64,000 bases of DNA, taken from assembly GCA_963663385.2 (NCBI GenBank), contig CAXXXD010000001.1, positions 192,001 to 256,000 on the forward strand. Direction: 5' to 3'. A program made the position numbers and the translations under genes. Position 1 is the first letter of the stretch, and each line of letters starts with the position of its first letter. The stretch comes from Oceanispirochaeta sp. (lineage in GTDB: Bacteria > Spirochaetota > Spirochaetia > DSM-2461). Under the pieces are notes generated by a model. It had not been told where the DNA came from and ran no database searches. It saw nothing but the letters and a program-made list of their open reading frames with translations. Shown here piece by piece: positions 17,797-28,706 of this stretch.

Positions 17797-19092
17797 ATGG
17801 CACGATCAACAAAAACAAGTAAAGAACTAAAAGTCTGCTCCTTTTGCGGCAAACACTCTGATATTGCTAAAAAACTTATTGCCGGTCCCGGCGTTTACAT
17901 ATGTGACGAATGCGTTCAGGTCTGCAATAAAATCCTTTCGGAAGAAGAAGATAATATTTCCTCCGATTTTATCGATGACATTCCCACTCCCAAAGAGATA
18001 AAAGAGTACCTTGATCAATTTGTAATAGGACAGGAAGAGGCCAAAAAGACTCTCTCCGTGGGAGTTTACAATCACTATAAACGGATCATGTACAAGGACA
18101 GGGTTTCCAAAGATGTGGAGCTGGAAAAAACCAATGTACTTCTTATCGGTCCGACAGGAACCGGAAAAACTCTGCTGGCAAAAACTCTTGCCAAAAAACT
18201 GAAGGTACCCTTTGCCATTGCGGATGCAACAACTCTCACCGAAGCCGGTTATGTAGGGGAGGATGTGGAAAACATTCTTCTGAAACTCATACAGGCTGCG
18301 GGGAATAATATTGCCGCAGCAGAAAGAGGCATTATCTATATTGACGAAATTGATAAAATCGCCCGCAAAGGTGAAAATGTTTCCATAACAAGGGACGTCT
18401 CCGGAGAAGGGGTTCAGCAGGCCCTCCTCAAGATTATAGAGGGAACCCAGGCTTCCGTTCCCCCGCAGGGAGGAAGAAAGCACCCGAATCAGGAGATGCT
18501 GAAAATTGACACAACCAATATTCTGATTATCTGCGGCGGCGCCTTTGTCGGACTGGATAAGATAATTGAAAGCCGTGTTACCCAGCATCCCATGGGATTC
18601 GGATCAAATGTACAGCAGGCTCATGAAAAAGATCTGGGAGCCCTGTTTAACGAGATGCATCCAGACGATCTTGTCCGTTTCGGTTTGATCCCCGAGTTTA
18701 TCGGACGGCTCCCCATTCAGGTGAGTCTGAATAACCTGAGAAAAGAAGATCTGCAGAGGATTATAACCGAACCCAGGAATTCCGTCATCCGTCAGTTTCA
18801 GGAATCCATGAAACTGGATGAAGTGAACCTTGCTTTTGAAGAAGCTGCCATCGAAGCAATTGCGGAGAAGGCTCTGGAAAGAAAAACAGGAGCACGTGGT
18901 ATCCGGTCTATAGTAGAAGCGGCCATGATTGAAATCATGTTTGACCTGCCCTCCACCAAGGGACCTAAAAAAGTCATAGTTACCAGGGATGTAATAATCA
19001 ACGACACGCTTCCGGTTATCATAACCGACCCGGATAAACTGGAAGCTCCCTGGGAAAATGCGCTTTATGAAAATAAACAAATCACAGCTTAG
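17797..19092 (+). CDS. clpX: Clp protease ATP-binding subunit ClpX
   Basis: CSFC/ICDEC zinc finger, [24 protein letters not shown] loop. Confidence 0.98.
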   Translation: MARSTKTSKELKVCSFCGKHSDIAKKLIAGPGVYICDECVQVCNKILSEEEDNISSDFIDDIPTPKEIKEYLDQFVIGQEEAKKTLSVGVYNHYKRIMYKDRVSKDVELEKTNVLLIGPTGTGKTLLAKTLAKKLKVPFAIADATTLTEAGYVGEDVENILLKLIQAAGNNIAAAERGIIYIDEIDKIARKGENVSITRDVSGEGVQQALLKIIEGTQASVPPQGGRKHPNQEMLKIDTTNILIICGGAFVGLDKIIESRVTQHPMGFGSNVQQAHEKDLGALFNEMHPDDLVRFGLIPEFIGRLPIQVSLNNLRKEDLQRIITEPRNSVIRQFQESMKLDEVNLAFEEAAIEAIAEKALERKTGARGIRSIVEAAMIEIMFDLPSTKGPKKVIVTRDVIINDTLPVIITDPDKLEAPWENALYENKQITA

Positions 19093-21517
19093 AATAAAGA
19101 AACAGGAACTACCGGTCATAGTTCTCCCGGATACGGTAATTTTTCCTTATACGGTAGCTCCTTTTTTTTTAACTGACAGAATATCGACAGCAGCAGTAGA
19201 GCTGGCTATGAAGGGGAGACGGGATATTTTTCTGGCTTTCCAGAGAGAACCGGCCAATTCCACCCTGCAGAAGAAGCATCTCTATAACTACGGTACGGTA
19301 GCTCATATCCTTCAGGTTCTCAAGCTGCCCGACGGGAACTCGCGCATCCTTGTTGAGGGACGCTCCCGCGGGATTGTTCAGAAACTCAGCAGAAAGAATG
19401 AGATTCTGATGATCCAGTACAAGGCCCTTCCGGATAACCGGGAAGTGGGACGGGAAATGGCCGTTGCCATGGAGACCCTTCAGGAGAGCTTTCAGGAATA
19501 CGCCAAAAAAAACAAGAAGGTTACCCGGGAAATACGAAACCAGGTAGAACAGGCTCAAACACCGGAAAAACTCTGCGGAATTATCGCATCCCAGATACCC
19601 ATTTCCACAGAAGACAAGATTGCTCTTCTGGAACTGGACAACACCGGGGAAAAACTGAACAGACTGAATGAAGACATTCAGCTGGAGATCGAAAAACAGT
19701 CCCTTAAGCAGGATATTACCGGTCGTGTTCGCAAAAAGATGGAGAAAACCCAGAAAGAGTATTTTCTGAATGAACAGCTGAAAGAGATAAACAGGGAGCT
19801 GGGAACCGATAAAGAGGATCCCACCGGCGCTGCCGAACTGGAAGCCCTGATTAATGAGAAGGATTTCCCGGAGGAAGTAAAGGCCAGAGCTCTTAAAGAG
19901 GTAAAAAGGCTTTCACGCCTTCAACCCATGTCGCCCGAGTCCGGTGTTCTCCGCACCTACCTGGAATGGCTGACGGAACTCCCCTGGACAGAAGAATCAA
20001 ACGATAGAATGAACCTGTCCCGTGCAGCCGAAATACTGAATGAAGACCATTACGATCTAAAAAAAGCGAAAGACCGCATACTAGACTATATAGCCGTACG
20101 ACAGGTACGGGATAAGCTCAAAGGACCTATTCTCTGTTTTGCAGGCCCTCCCGGAACAGGAAAAACTTCACTGGGACGTTCTGTAGCCAGAGCCCTGAAC
20201 CGAGAGTTTGTCCGCATTTCACTGGGCGGGGTACGGGATGAAGCAGAAATCCGGGGCCACCGAAAAACCTATGTGGGTGCTCTTCCCGGTAAAATTATCC
20301 AGTCAATCAAGAAAGCCGGATCCTGCAACCCGGTTTTTCTTCTGGATGAAATTGACAAAATGAGCAGTGACTTCCGGGGAGATCCCGGGGCAGCTCTTCT
20401 GGAGGTTCTGGATCCCGAACAGAACGGAACTTTTACCGACCACTACCTGGAGTTATCCTACGATCTCTCCCGGGTTATGTTTATTACGACGGCAAACTCG
20501 GTTCACAATATCCCCCGGCCGCTGCTGGACAGGATGGAAATAATCGAAATACCGGGATACACTGAGATTGAAAAAACCCGGATAGCCCGCGGATTCATCA
20601 TCCCGAAACAGCTGAAAGAAAACGGAATGGACGAAAGCCGGATAGAACTGCTGGACGAGGCGATAGTTGCGGTTATCCGTAACTACACCAGAGAATCGGG
20701 CGTCCGGAACCTGGAAAGGGAAATTGGACAGCTTATCCGTAAAATCGCAAGGGAAGCCATCGAGAACCACCAGAACAGATCGGGCCGGGAAAATATACAT
20801 ACTGCCCGTCTGCATAAATATCAGGATATATATGGAACGATTCCCGAAAAGGAACCGGAACTTCCTGACTTCACAACCCTGAAGGTTCTGGTAAACGAGG
20901 ACGATGTTCTCCGCTACCTTGGAAAACCACCCTTTCAGGATGAGGACAGCGACCAGCGGGACCGCCCCGGTCTGGCCACAGGAATGGCATGGACAGAGGT
21001 GGGAGGACGGATTCTGCCCGTGGAGGTATCTCTCCTCCAGGGCGAGGGAAAACTTATCCTGACAGGAAAACTGGGAGATGTCATGAAGGAGAGCGCCCAG
21101 ATTGCCCTCTCCTATATCAGGGCGAACAGCAAGGAACTGGGGATTCCTGCGGATTTCCAGAAAGAACACGATATTCACATTCATGTGCCGGAAGGGGCAA
21201 TTCCCAAGGATGGACCTTCCGCCGGTATTACCATGACAGCAGCACTGGTTTCTGCGCTGAAGAAGACATCTCTTATTGAGAAACTCGCCATGACAGGAGA
21301 GATTACCTTGACTGACCGTCTTCTTCCCATTGGCGGTGTAAAAGAAAAGGTTCTGGCAGCCCATAGAAACGGGTACCGAACCATACTCCTCCCCGAGAGG
21401 AACAGAAAAGACAAGGAAGACCTGCCCCTTGAGATTCAGGAGGACCTGAACTTCATATTCAGCAGTTCAGTAAAAACGGCATTGGAAAGTATTTTTCCGG
21501 AAGAGACATTTTCCTGA
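19058..21517 (+). CDS. lon: Lon protease (start overlaps the clpX 3' end)
   Basis: [37 protein letters not shown]. Confidence 0.97.
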   Translation: MRFMKINKSQLRIKKQELPVIVLPDTVIFPYTVAPFFLTDRISTAAVELAMKGRRDIFLAFQREPANSTLQKKHLYNYGTVAHILQVLKLPDGNSRILVEGRSRGIVQKLSRKNEILMIQYKALPDNREVGREMAVAMETLQESFQEYAKKNKKVTREIRNQVEQAQTPEKLCGIIASQIPISTEDKIALLELDNTGEKLNRLNEDIQLEIEKQSLKQDITGRVRKKMEKTQKEYFLNEQLKEINRELGTDKEDPTGAAELEALINEKDFPEEVKARALKEVKRLSRLQPMSPESGVLRTYLEWLTELPWTEESNDRMNLSRAAEILNEDHYDLKKAKDRILDYIAVRQVRDKLKGPILCFAGPPGTGKTSLGRSVARALNREFVRISLGGVRDEAEIRGHRKTYVGALPGKIIQSIKKAGSCNPVFLLDEIDKMSSDFRGDPGAALLEVLDPEQNGTFTDHYLELSYDLSRVMFITTANSVHNIPRPLLDRMEIIEIPGYTEIEKTRIARGFIIPKQLKENGMDESRIELLDEAIVAVIRNYTRESGVRNLEREIGQLIRKIAREAIENHQNRSGRENIHTARLHKYQDIYGTIPEKEPELPDFTTLKVLVNEDDVLRYLGKPPFQDEDSDQRDRPGLATGMAWTEVGGRILPVEVSLLQGEGKLILTGKLGDVMKESAQIALSYIRANSKELGIPADFQKEHDIHIHVPEGAIPKDGPSAGITMTAALVSALKKTSLIEKLAMTGEITLTDRLLPIGGVKEKVLAAHRNGYRTILLPERNRKDKEDLPLEIQEDLNFIFSSSVKTALESIFPEETFS

Positions 21518-21630
21518 AAATGGACTTGGATCCCATTTAAAATGGTGAGAAAAAAAAACTTCATTGCCATAACCATATTTTTCTATTATAAATGGAATAG
21601 AGTACTATGAAACCCAGGAGGCCTGTGTCC

Positions 21631-22032
21631 ATGAATAAAAGAGCAACGTTGATAATGGTTCTTTTTATGATATTATGCGGAACCTTTCTATATGCGGAAG
21701 TAACAACATCGGAATACTATCCCAAAACAATGGCGATCAACAGAGTGTACCCCCATACAATGGGATACCGCGTGGATTACATAAAATCCGACCGGACAAT
21801 CGGAACGTTTTATGCTCCTACCGAGTGGTTTAAAAAAGCTGCGGGATACGGAGAAATTGTATACGGCTTCGGCGCCCAGTACCCCTATGCGACCTTCTAC
21901 TATAAGGATGGCAAGATTGATCATTTCAGACTCTATCTGGTTTCTGACTTCAATGATATGAGCTGGGGTGTTCTAAGAGGTGATGATTACGAAAGTAAAT
22001 TCGATGTCAGCGAACTGGTAATAGAATACTGA
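21631..22032 (+). CDS. Secreted hypothetical protein
   Basis: SD AGGAGG before ATG 21631. Signal peptide MNKRATLIMVLFMILCGTFLYA. Confidence 0.75.
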   Translation: MNKRATLIMVLFMILCGTFLYAEVTTSEYYPKTMAINRVYPHTMGYRVDYIKSDRTIGTFYAPTEWFKKAAGYGEIVYGFGAQYPYATFYYKDGKIDHFRLYLVSDFNDMSWGVLRGDDYESKFDVSELVIEY

Positions 22033-22068
22033 TTCTGATTTCAGATCTTGAGGTATACACATAATCCC

Positions 22069-23040
22069 ATGAGATTCTCGGAAGTCCCCTCCTCTTTGAT
22101 GGAGGGGTTATCTTTGTATGAAACATATATTCTTGTCGGTCATGAGCAGCCAGATGCGGACTGTCTCTGTTCACAGATCGGTCTGGCCTCTCTGCTCAAA
22201 AAAATGGGCAAGCAGGTTCATCTGCTGGCAGCCAAACCCTTTGACCGGCCGGAAACCCTCAGTCTTGAACATCTCTTTGAATCCGACTGGAGTGCCTTGC
22301 ATCCCGATAAAAAAACCCTTCTGGTTCTGCTGGACCTGTCGGATATAAACCGGACCGGTTTGCCCGCAGAGGAATTGAAGAAACTCCCTCTTATGGTAAT
22401 TGACCATCACGCTTCGGGCAGGGAGGAAGGCACGTACCGCTATGTGGATCCTCAAAGCCCCTCCACAACCCTACTTGTTCAGAAAATATGGAGAGAGTCG
22501 GGAATGGCTCCTGACAGCGCAACCTGTGAAGCTCTCTTCTTCGGCTTTGCCACAGACACGGGATTTTTCCGCCATCTGGAGGATGGAACGGAAGAAGTCT
22601 TTCTGGCTGTGGCCGATCTGATTAAGGGCGGAGCCTCTCCCAACAGAACATTCAGACAGATATCCGCCGGACGAACTCTGGGAACGCGCCGTTTAATGGG
22701 CCGTATAATGGAAAGATGCCGCTTCTACTGCGGTGATAAGATCCTTATATCCTGGGAAGATCCCAAAGACAGGGAAGAACTGGGTACTGGAGAAAGGGAT
22801 TCGGATAAGCTCTATCAGATGCTGCAGAGCATTGAAGGGTGTGAAGCGGTGGCTCTCCTCAGAATGGAGCGTGAAAACAAGTGCATTGTAGGCCTACGGT
22901 CCAATAACCATATAGATGTCGGCCGGATTGCCTCGGCCCTGGGGGGAGGCGGTCATAAAAAAGCGGCCGGAGGCGCCGTGGAAGGAACCCTGGAAGAGGT
23001 TAAAAAGCGGGTTCTTGCTCTTTTTGAAGAACAGTTGTAA
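22069..23040 (+). CDS. nrnA: DHH/DHHA1 phosphoesterase (NrnA-like oligoribonuclease/PAP phosphatase)
   Basis: GHEQPDAD, IDHH, TDTGFF, GGGGHKKAAG. Confidence 0.88.
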   Translation: MRFSEVPSSLMEGLSLYETYILVGHEQPDADCLCSQIGLASLLKKMGKQVHLLAAKPFDRPETLSLEHLFESDWSALHPDKKTLLVLLDLSDINRTGLPAEELKKLPLMVIDHHASGREEGTYRYVDPQSPSTTLLVQKIWRESGMAPDSATCEALFFGFATDTGFFRHLEDGTEEVFLAVADLIKGGASPNRTFRQISAGRTLGTRRLMGRIMERCRFYCGDKILISWEDPKDREELGTGERDSDKLYQMLQSIEGCEAVALLRMERENKCIVGLRSNNHIDVGRIASALGGGGHKKAAGGAVEGTLEEVKKRVLALFEEQL

Positions 23041-23138
23041 CAGGTCCGAATGCTATATTTAAATAGTATGAGTTTGAATAGGAATCAACAGCACGCCTTG
23101 ACCTGTTACGGAGATATAGAGATTACCAGATAAATTTT

Positions 23139-24266
23139 ATGAATATATATATGAATTTCCTGTTTTCAGGAATTGTACTTAGTCTGATCTTAGCGGTTTT
23201 TTTCTTCATCAGACGGAAATTCAATTCCGGAAATATATATTTTTCTTTATACCTTCTATGCTATTCTTTAATCCTGCTTTTAAGTATGGCTTCTGTATCT
23301 GGAATTAGCATTAATACGAATCTTGTTTTATTTTTTTCCAATATTACAAGCATGCTGATTATCCTCTCGGGCAGCGCCCTGTTCGGGTATATCAATATTC
23401 AATTCTACTCAGAAAATCCCGAAACCGTTACGACCGGTCTCTATTTCCTCCCCGGAGCGGCTGTTCTGCTGTATGCTTTGATCCTCTACTCCCTGGGCAC
23501 TTTAATACCCGGATTCAACTGTATCCGATATTATCCTGTTTCCTATCTGATATTTATTTTCAGTTATATGTACATGATACTTATGATCAGTAAAGCATAT
23601 ATGTGCTGGCGGTCGCGGAAACAGGAACTGAAAGAGATTTTTTCCAACACTGAGAGAAAGAAAAACGAGTGGTTTGGCGTAATTCTCTATGGCAGTTTCA
23701 TTTTATCCAGCATAGATATTGTTTCCAGAATAATTGAATTTTTTCATGGATCCTTTCAGCATGATTATCAGATCATCGATTTTATAGAAATTGTTTTTAT
23801 CATAGTTATCAGTTACTTTATTCTGCTGCAACCTCAGATATTCCAGGATCCCGTCAGAACCGGGCCGGAGAAGCAGGAGAAATATGGCAGGACCAAACTG
23901 TCACAGTTTGAATTAAACGCCAGTAGAAAAGAACTGGATTTCTTTATGACACAGGAAAAAGCCTACCTCAGGGACCTTTCACTTTCAAAACTGGCCGATG
24001 AAATGGGATGGAGTATCCACAGACTCTCACAGGTTATCAATTCCGATAATGAAAATTTCTATTTCTACGTTAACCGCTTCCGGGTAGAGGAAGTTATTCG
24101 CTTATTCCAGGAAGATAAAGAACAATCCCTCACCCTGCTTGATATAGCACTAAAAGCTGGATTCCAGTCAAAGAGTGTTTTTAATCTTTTTTTTAAAAAA
24201 GTAACCGGAGTCACACCTTCCCAGTACAGGCAGAAAACGATAAAAGAAGAGAAAATCGACAATTAA
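23139..24266 (+). CDS. Membrane-anchored AraC-family transcriptional regulator
   Basis: About 7 hydrophobic segments followed by LSQVIN, NFYFYVNRFRVE, AGFQSKSVFN.FFKK.TG.TPS. Confidence 0.9.
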   Translation: MNIYMNFLFSGIVLSLILAVFFFIRRKFNSGNIYFSLYLLCYSLILLLSMASVSGISINTNLVLFFSNITSMLIILSGSALFGYINIQFYSENPETVTTGLYFLPGAAVLLYALILYSLGTLIPGFNCIRYYPVSYLIFIFSYMYMILMISKAYMCWRSRKQELKEIFSNTERKKNEWFGVILYGSFILSSIDIVSRIIEFFHGSFQHDYQIIDFIEIVFIIVISYFILLQPQIFQDPVRTGPEKQEKYGRTKLSQFELNASRKELDFFMTQEKAYLRDLSLSKLADEMGWSIHRLSQVINSDNENFYFYVNRFRVEEVIRLFQEDKEQSLTLLDIALKAGFQSKSVFNLFFKKVTGVTPSQYRQKTIKEEKIDN

Positions 24267-24363
24267 TCAAAAATATTTGTCTTGATCTATCAACACAGAC
24301 GATTTAAACCCTACTAATACATACTATTTGGACAAATTCTTAACAAAAAACTTGGAGAAGAAG

Positions 24364-25500
24364 ATGTTCAATATTACTGGGAGACAAATAGCTCTCCTTA
24401 TCGCGACTCGTTTAATCCCGGCCGGATTGCTATTAACCACACTGACCGGTTGCCGGATATTTGGAATTGAGGATGATTATTCCTCAGCGGTAAAAAGCCG
24501 GCTGGATTCATTGCATATTTCGCAGGCGTCAATAGCGCTGTTTTCTGAAAATGGTGTTCTTGACACCCTAAACTACGGAGGGTCTGAGGATACGACTCAA
24601 TTCCAGTTGGCGTCTATTGGGAAGATACTGACCGGCACAGCGGTCCTACAGCTGGTTGAAACAGATAGGATCGACCTCTACGCAGATATAAATCAGTACC
24701 TGCCTTTTTCGGTTAGAACAGCCGGGCATCCAGATGATCCGATAACTATGCATATGCTTCTTACCCATACATCCGGAATAAAGGATAATTGGGATATTAT
24801 TGACAAGGAATTTACTTCCTATGATACGGATAGCGACCCGCTGCCGAATCTTCTGAAAACCTGTCGGGAATACCTGTCCGAAGACGGCTTATGGTATGAC
24901 AGGGAAAAAAACTTCAACTCATCCTCCCCGGGGAGCCAATTCGAATATTCCAATATGGCCGCCAGCCTTGCCGGCCTGATAGTCCAGGAAGTAACCGGTA
25001 TTGATTTTGAACAGTACTGCAGAGAGAATATTCTCAATCCTCTGGAAATAGGAGGAGGCTGGAATCTTCACCCAAAAGATAATGATTCGATTTCCCACCC
25101 CACAGATTATTCAGGCAAAGAAGTTAAAACCCAATCAGGGTCCCTGACACCAGCCGGATTCTACACCTGTTCCGCTTCGGATTATGCCAGATTTATGTCG
25201 GTCTTTATCAACGGGGGGACTTATGAACAGGTATCTATTCTATCAGAAGATTCTGTCGCCCTTATGACAGAACGGCAGTTCGAGAATCATGCCTATATCT
25301 GGCATTTCACCGGTTATACCTACAACGGAAAGAAACTTCTCTTTCATAATGGGGGGTTCGATGGCATCCGCACCGGCGTTTTTATTTCATCCGACTCAAA
25401 AACAGGATTTGTTATTCTCTGCAGTGGAGAGTATGACGCACCCTTCGCTTTATACGAACTGATTCAAATGACTCTGGATTACGGGAGGTCTCTGAAATGA
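24364..25500 (+). CDS. Serine hydrolase, beta-lactamase class C/PBP family, putative lipoprotein
   Basis: SxxK (ASIGK), LLTHTSG, YSN, HNG. Lipobox-like LTGC. Confidence 0.88.
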   Translation: MFNITGRQIALLIATRLIPAGLLLTTLTGCRIFGIEDDYSSAVKSRLDSLHISQASIALFSENGVLDTLNYGGSEDTTQFQLASIGKILTGTAVLQLVETDRIDLYADINQYLPFSVRTAGHPDDPITMHMLLTHTSGIKDNWDIIDKEFTSYDTDSDPLPNLLKTCREYLSEDGLWYDREKNFNSSSPGSQFEYSNMAASLAGLIVQEVTGIDFEQYCRENILNPLEIGGGWNLHPKDNDSISHPTDYSGKEVKTQSGSLTPAGFYTCSASDYARFMSVFINGGTYEQVSILSEDSVALMTERQFENHAYIWHFTGYTYNGKKLLFHNGGFDGIRTGVFISSDSKTGFVILCSGEYDAPFALYELIQMTLDYGRSLK

Positions 25501-26060
25501 CTAAAAACTTTTTAATCGTATTCTTTATATTGAATATTTTAACTATATCAGCTGCCGAATCAGCTGAGAAATTTACAGCAGCCCTTGGTATCGGGGTGTC
25601 TTACTATACAGATATGGAAAGTGTTCTGACTCTTCACGAGGGATTGAGCGGACAAATGACCTATAATACTTATACAACCGGAATAACTGAGAACATTTCA
25701 TTCCAGATGTTGACTGGTTTAAAAACCGGAATACTATGGGAAGGAGCGACAAGTATGGACCACCTCTTCCAACCACAAAGCTTCCCGGTTTTTATACCCC
25801 TGGAACCCGGAATTAAACTCAATTGTCACTTAGGAGAGAACTGGAACATCAGCCTGAATTCCTTTTTTGGTCCCTATTTCTACTATTTTAATAATTATTA
25901 CCTGGAAACCCTTTTAAACCTCGAAATCGGCATGGAGATATCCTGGTTCTGTTTTAATGATTCGGGATTCTCTCTGCTTTTTAATCATAATCTGATTAAG
26001 GCAGATGAGAATAATTTCAGTGGATTCGGCTGTAATCTTTTATACATATGGCAGTTTTAA
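25497..26060 (+). CDS. Putative small outer-membrane beta-barrel protein
   Basis: Signal peptide, alternating beta strands, C-terminal YIWQF. ATGA overlap with the upstream gene. Confidence 0.55.
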   Translation: MTKNFLIVFFILNILTISAAESAEKFTAALGIGVSYYTDMESVLTLHEGLSGQMTYNTYTTGITENISFQMLTGLKTGILWEGATSMDHLFQPQSFPVFIPLEPGIKLNCHLGENWNISLNSFFGPYFYYFNNYYLETLLNLEIGMEISWFCFNDSGFSLLFNHNLIKADENNFSGFGCNLLYIWQF

Positions 26061-26142
26061 GTCAGGCTCCTTTGCACTTACAGGACTATCTTAGATTGAA
26101 ATCCCCGAACCTATTGACCTGGGTGTTTATTATTGTTATTTT

Positions 26143-26164
26143 TGTTTACGAACGGTCGTTAACA
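26143..26164. promoter_or_regulatory. Inverted-repeat operator upstream of the TetR-RND operon
   Basis: TGTTTACGA-ACGG-TCGTTAACA (1 mismatch), directly after TTGACC(26114)-17-TATTTT. Confidence 0.7.
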
Positions 26165-26169
26165 TTTTT

Positions 26170-27342
26170 ATGAAAGTCGAAGAGAAGCGGAAACAGAAGA
26201 GAAACTCTATCATGGAAAAAGCCCTGGATGTATGGTCCAGAGAGGATTTCCGGAAAACCTCTCTAAGTACCCTTTCAAAAGAGCTGAAGATGACCAAGCA
26301 GGGACTATACCGGTACTTCTGTAACAAAGAGGATCTTATAACATCCATTAACGCATATATTAATGAGAGATACCTTCAGGCAAACAGCGACCTGATTCAT
26401 CAACTGGAAAATACAGCTCCCCCGGACAGATTGATTCTGTTTATAAGAAAAATCTCGGGATTCTATCTGTCCAACCGAAGTATAGTAAAGTTTGACAACT
26501 TCTGGACGATCAGAACGGGCCAGGTTACCGTACGCGGGTCCCATGAACAGAGGAATGAAATCTGCCGTCTTCTGAATATTGATCTGAGAGCCTTATATCT
26601 GACAGGAATGTACTGTCAATTTGTTTTCAGCTGGGATGATGGCAGTCACTTTAATCCCGATAGAACGAATCAGGAAAAGCGGGTAATTATTCAGGAATTG
26701 ATTCAGAACGGTCTGGCAGGGAAGAACTTCAGACTACCTGAAAAAGGGATCAATATCAGAACGCAGAAGGACTATATTCAGCTGAAGGATAGACTCCTAA
26801 AGGACAATCTTTTTATCTCAATTGCTTCAGCTATCCAGGAAAAAGGGCTGAATAATGTGACAATGGAACAGATTGCCTCTAATGCGGGTCTTTCAAAAAG
26901 CTCTCTCTATAATTATTTCCAGAATAAAGACGAAATGCTGACAGAAACAGTCAATAAACTTGTTAAAGAATATAGGATATTTCACAGGGAGCTGCTTGAA
27001 CGCTATGACTCCTTTGAAGAGAAGCTGGTGGCTCATCTGGAACTGCAGGATGCAATCATGCCTGTAAAACCCCAGTCTCTAATAATCTTAAAACAATTCC
27101 TGAACAGGGATGTGCTGCAGAAAATAGATTCCCCGGGGGATTCTCCGGATTTTCTCAGCTTCATACAGGATGGAATTGACCAGAAGAAGCTGAAACCGAT
27201 GCTCTCCCCCAGGGAGTACCAGATTATTTTCAGCTCTTTTATTTTTATAGAAAAGGTTATGTTCAACCGGAAGGGGAACTGTAACCTTATACCTCCTGTA
27301 CTCGATTGGCTGAAACTGCTGGCCTGTGGTGTCCGGTACTGA
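26170..27342 (+). CDS. Tandem (two-HTH) TetR/AcrR-family regulator
   Basis: Two TetR HTH signatures: LSKELKMTKQGLYRYFCNKEDL and IASNAGLSKSSLYNYFQNKDEM. Confidence 0.9.
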   Translation: MKVEEKRKQKRNSIMEKALDVWSREDFRKTSLSTLSKELKMTKQGLYRYFCNKEDLITSINAYINERYLQANSDLIHQLENTAPPDRLILFIRKISGFYLSNRSIVKFDNFWTIRTGQVTVRGSHEQRNEICRLLNIDLRALYLTGMYCQFVFSWDDGSHFNPDRTNQEKRVIIQELIQNGLAGKNFRLPEKGINIRTQKDYIQLKDRLLKDNLFISIASAIQEKGLNNVTMEQIASNAGLSKSSLYNYFQNKDEMLTETVNKLVKEYRIFHRELLERYDSFEEKLVAHLELQDAIMPVKPQSLIILKQFLNRDVLQKIDSPGDSPDFLSFIQDGIDQKKLKPMLSPREYQIIFSSFIFIEKVMFNRKGNCNLIPPVLDWLKLLACGVRY

Positions 27343-27362
27343 TATTAAAGAAAGGAACTTAT

Positions 27363-28706
27363 ATGAAAAAACGATTGATTATTTGCTTACTGACCCTTTT
27401 TACCTTTATAAATGCCTATGGAGAAATTATCTCTCTGACTGAAGACGAGGCAGCGGAAATGGCCGTAGAGAATAATCTCAGCCTGAAATCTTCCGCTGTA
27501 GATGTAAGAACCAAGGCCCGGACAAGAGACACAGCCTGGAATGTTTTCATACCGTCCATTAATGCTTCGGCCGATCTCAGCCATAGCCGTACACTTCTCT
27601 CGGATCCGACTCCTTCTCCCATGGCTCCGGATGCCTATGACCCCTCCTGGTCCCTTACTTCAACCTTAAGCATGACCCTGCCCCTCAATATTGCTGCCGG
27701 AACGGGAATCAGACAGACCATAATAGATTATGAAGCGGGAGACCTTACCTACAGGGATGCCAGGAAGCAGCTGGAAAGGGATGTGCGCAAACAGTTCTAC
27801 AATATGATTGCCCTGGCCGCCAATATTGACCTGAAAAAAGTGAATATCGAGATCGCCGAAAAAAGGTATGAACAGTCCAGGGAAAACTACAATAACGGGC
27901 TGATCAGCGAACTGGAAATGCTTCAGTCCCAGGTAACGGTTGAGAATATGAAACCGGAACTGAATGCTCTGAATACCCGGTTTGAAAACGGGTTGATGAA
28001 CTTCAAGTTCTTTCTGGGGATTCCCCTTGATGCAGAGATTTTTCTGATGGGAGATCTGAACAACATCCGCTTCTATGATCTTGATAAAGACAGCCTGATT
28101 GACAGTTACAGTGCGGGTCGGATGGATATCATGCAGCTGAACAAAGCGATTGAATCCCTGCGGAACGCAAAAAAAGCGACATCTCAGCTTAACAGGACCC
28201 CGTCTGTATCACTTTACTCCACATGGGTGAATCCCGTATCCGACCCTTTCGAAGGGGAAAGCTGGGAAAGCGGATCCTGGATTGACTCACTGACCTTCGG
28301 CGTTCAGTTATCCATGCCCCTTGATGACTTTATCCCCAACTCAAGCACGGATGTATCCTTGAAGGAGATGGACGATTCCATAGAGAAACTGGAACTGCAG
28401 CGACAGCAGCTCTACGAAGCGGCATCCATGGAAATAACAAATCTGGTTATGAATCTGGAGAATTCCTACCGTACAATCGAAACCTATGAACTTAATGTAG
28501 ACCTTGCTCAGAAGTCATTTGATCTGACAACGGAAGCCTATAACCTTGGTACCCGGGAACTGCTGGATGTGGAAACGGCCCAGGAGTCTCTCCTGACAGC
28601 ATCGCAAAGCGTTCTGTTTGAAAAAATAAATTATATCAGCAATCTGCTTGACCTGCAGTATGCCATCAATACGGATGATCTATCGAGAATCCTGGAGGAA
28701 AAATGA
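27363..28706 (+). CDS. TolC-family outer-membrane efflux protein
   Basis: Signal peptide, AVENNLSL, duplicated YNNGLISELE/YNLGTRELLD motifs. Confidence 0.88.
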   Translation: MKKRLIICLLTLFTFINAYGEIISLTEDEAAEMAVENNLSLKSSAVDVRTKARTRDTAWNVFIPSINASADLSHSRTLLSDPTPSPMAPDAYDPSWSLTSTLSMTLPLNIAAGTGIRQTIIDYEAGDLTYRDARKQLERDVRKQFYNMIALAANIDLKKVNIEIAEKRYEQSRENYNNGLISELEMLQSQVTVENMKPELNALNTRFENGLMNFKFFLGIPLDAEIFLMGDLNNIRFYDLDKDSLIDSYSAGRMDIMQLNKAIESLRNAKKATSQLNRTPSVSLYSTWVNPVSDPFEGESWESGSWIDSLTFGVQLSMPLDDFIPNSSTDVSLKEMDDSIEKLELQRQQLYEAASMEITNLVMNLENSYRTIETYELNVDLAQKSFDLTTEAYNLGTRELLDVETAQESLLTASQSVLFEKINYISNLLDLQYAINTDDLSRILEEK

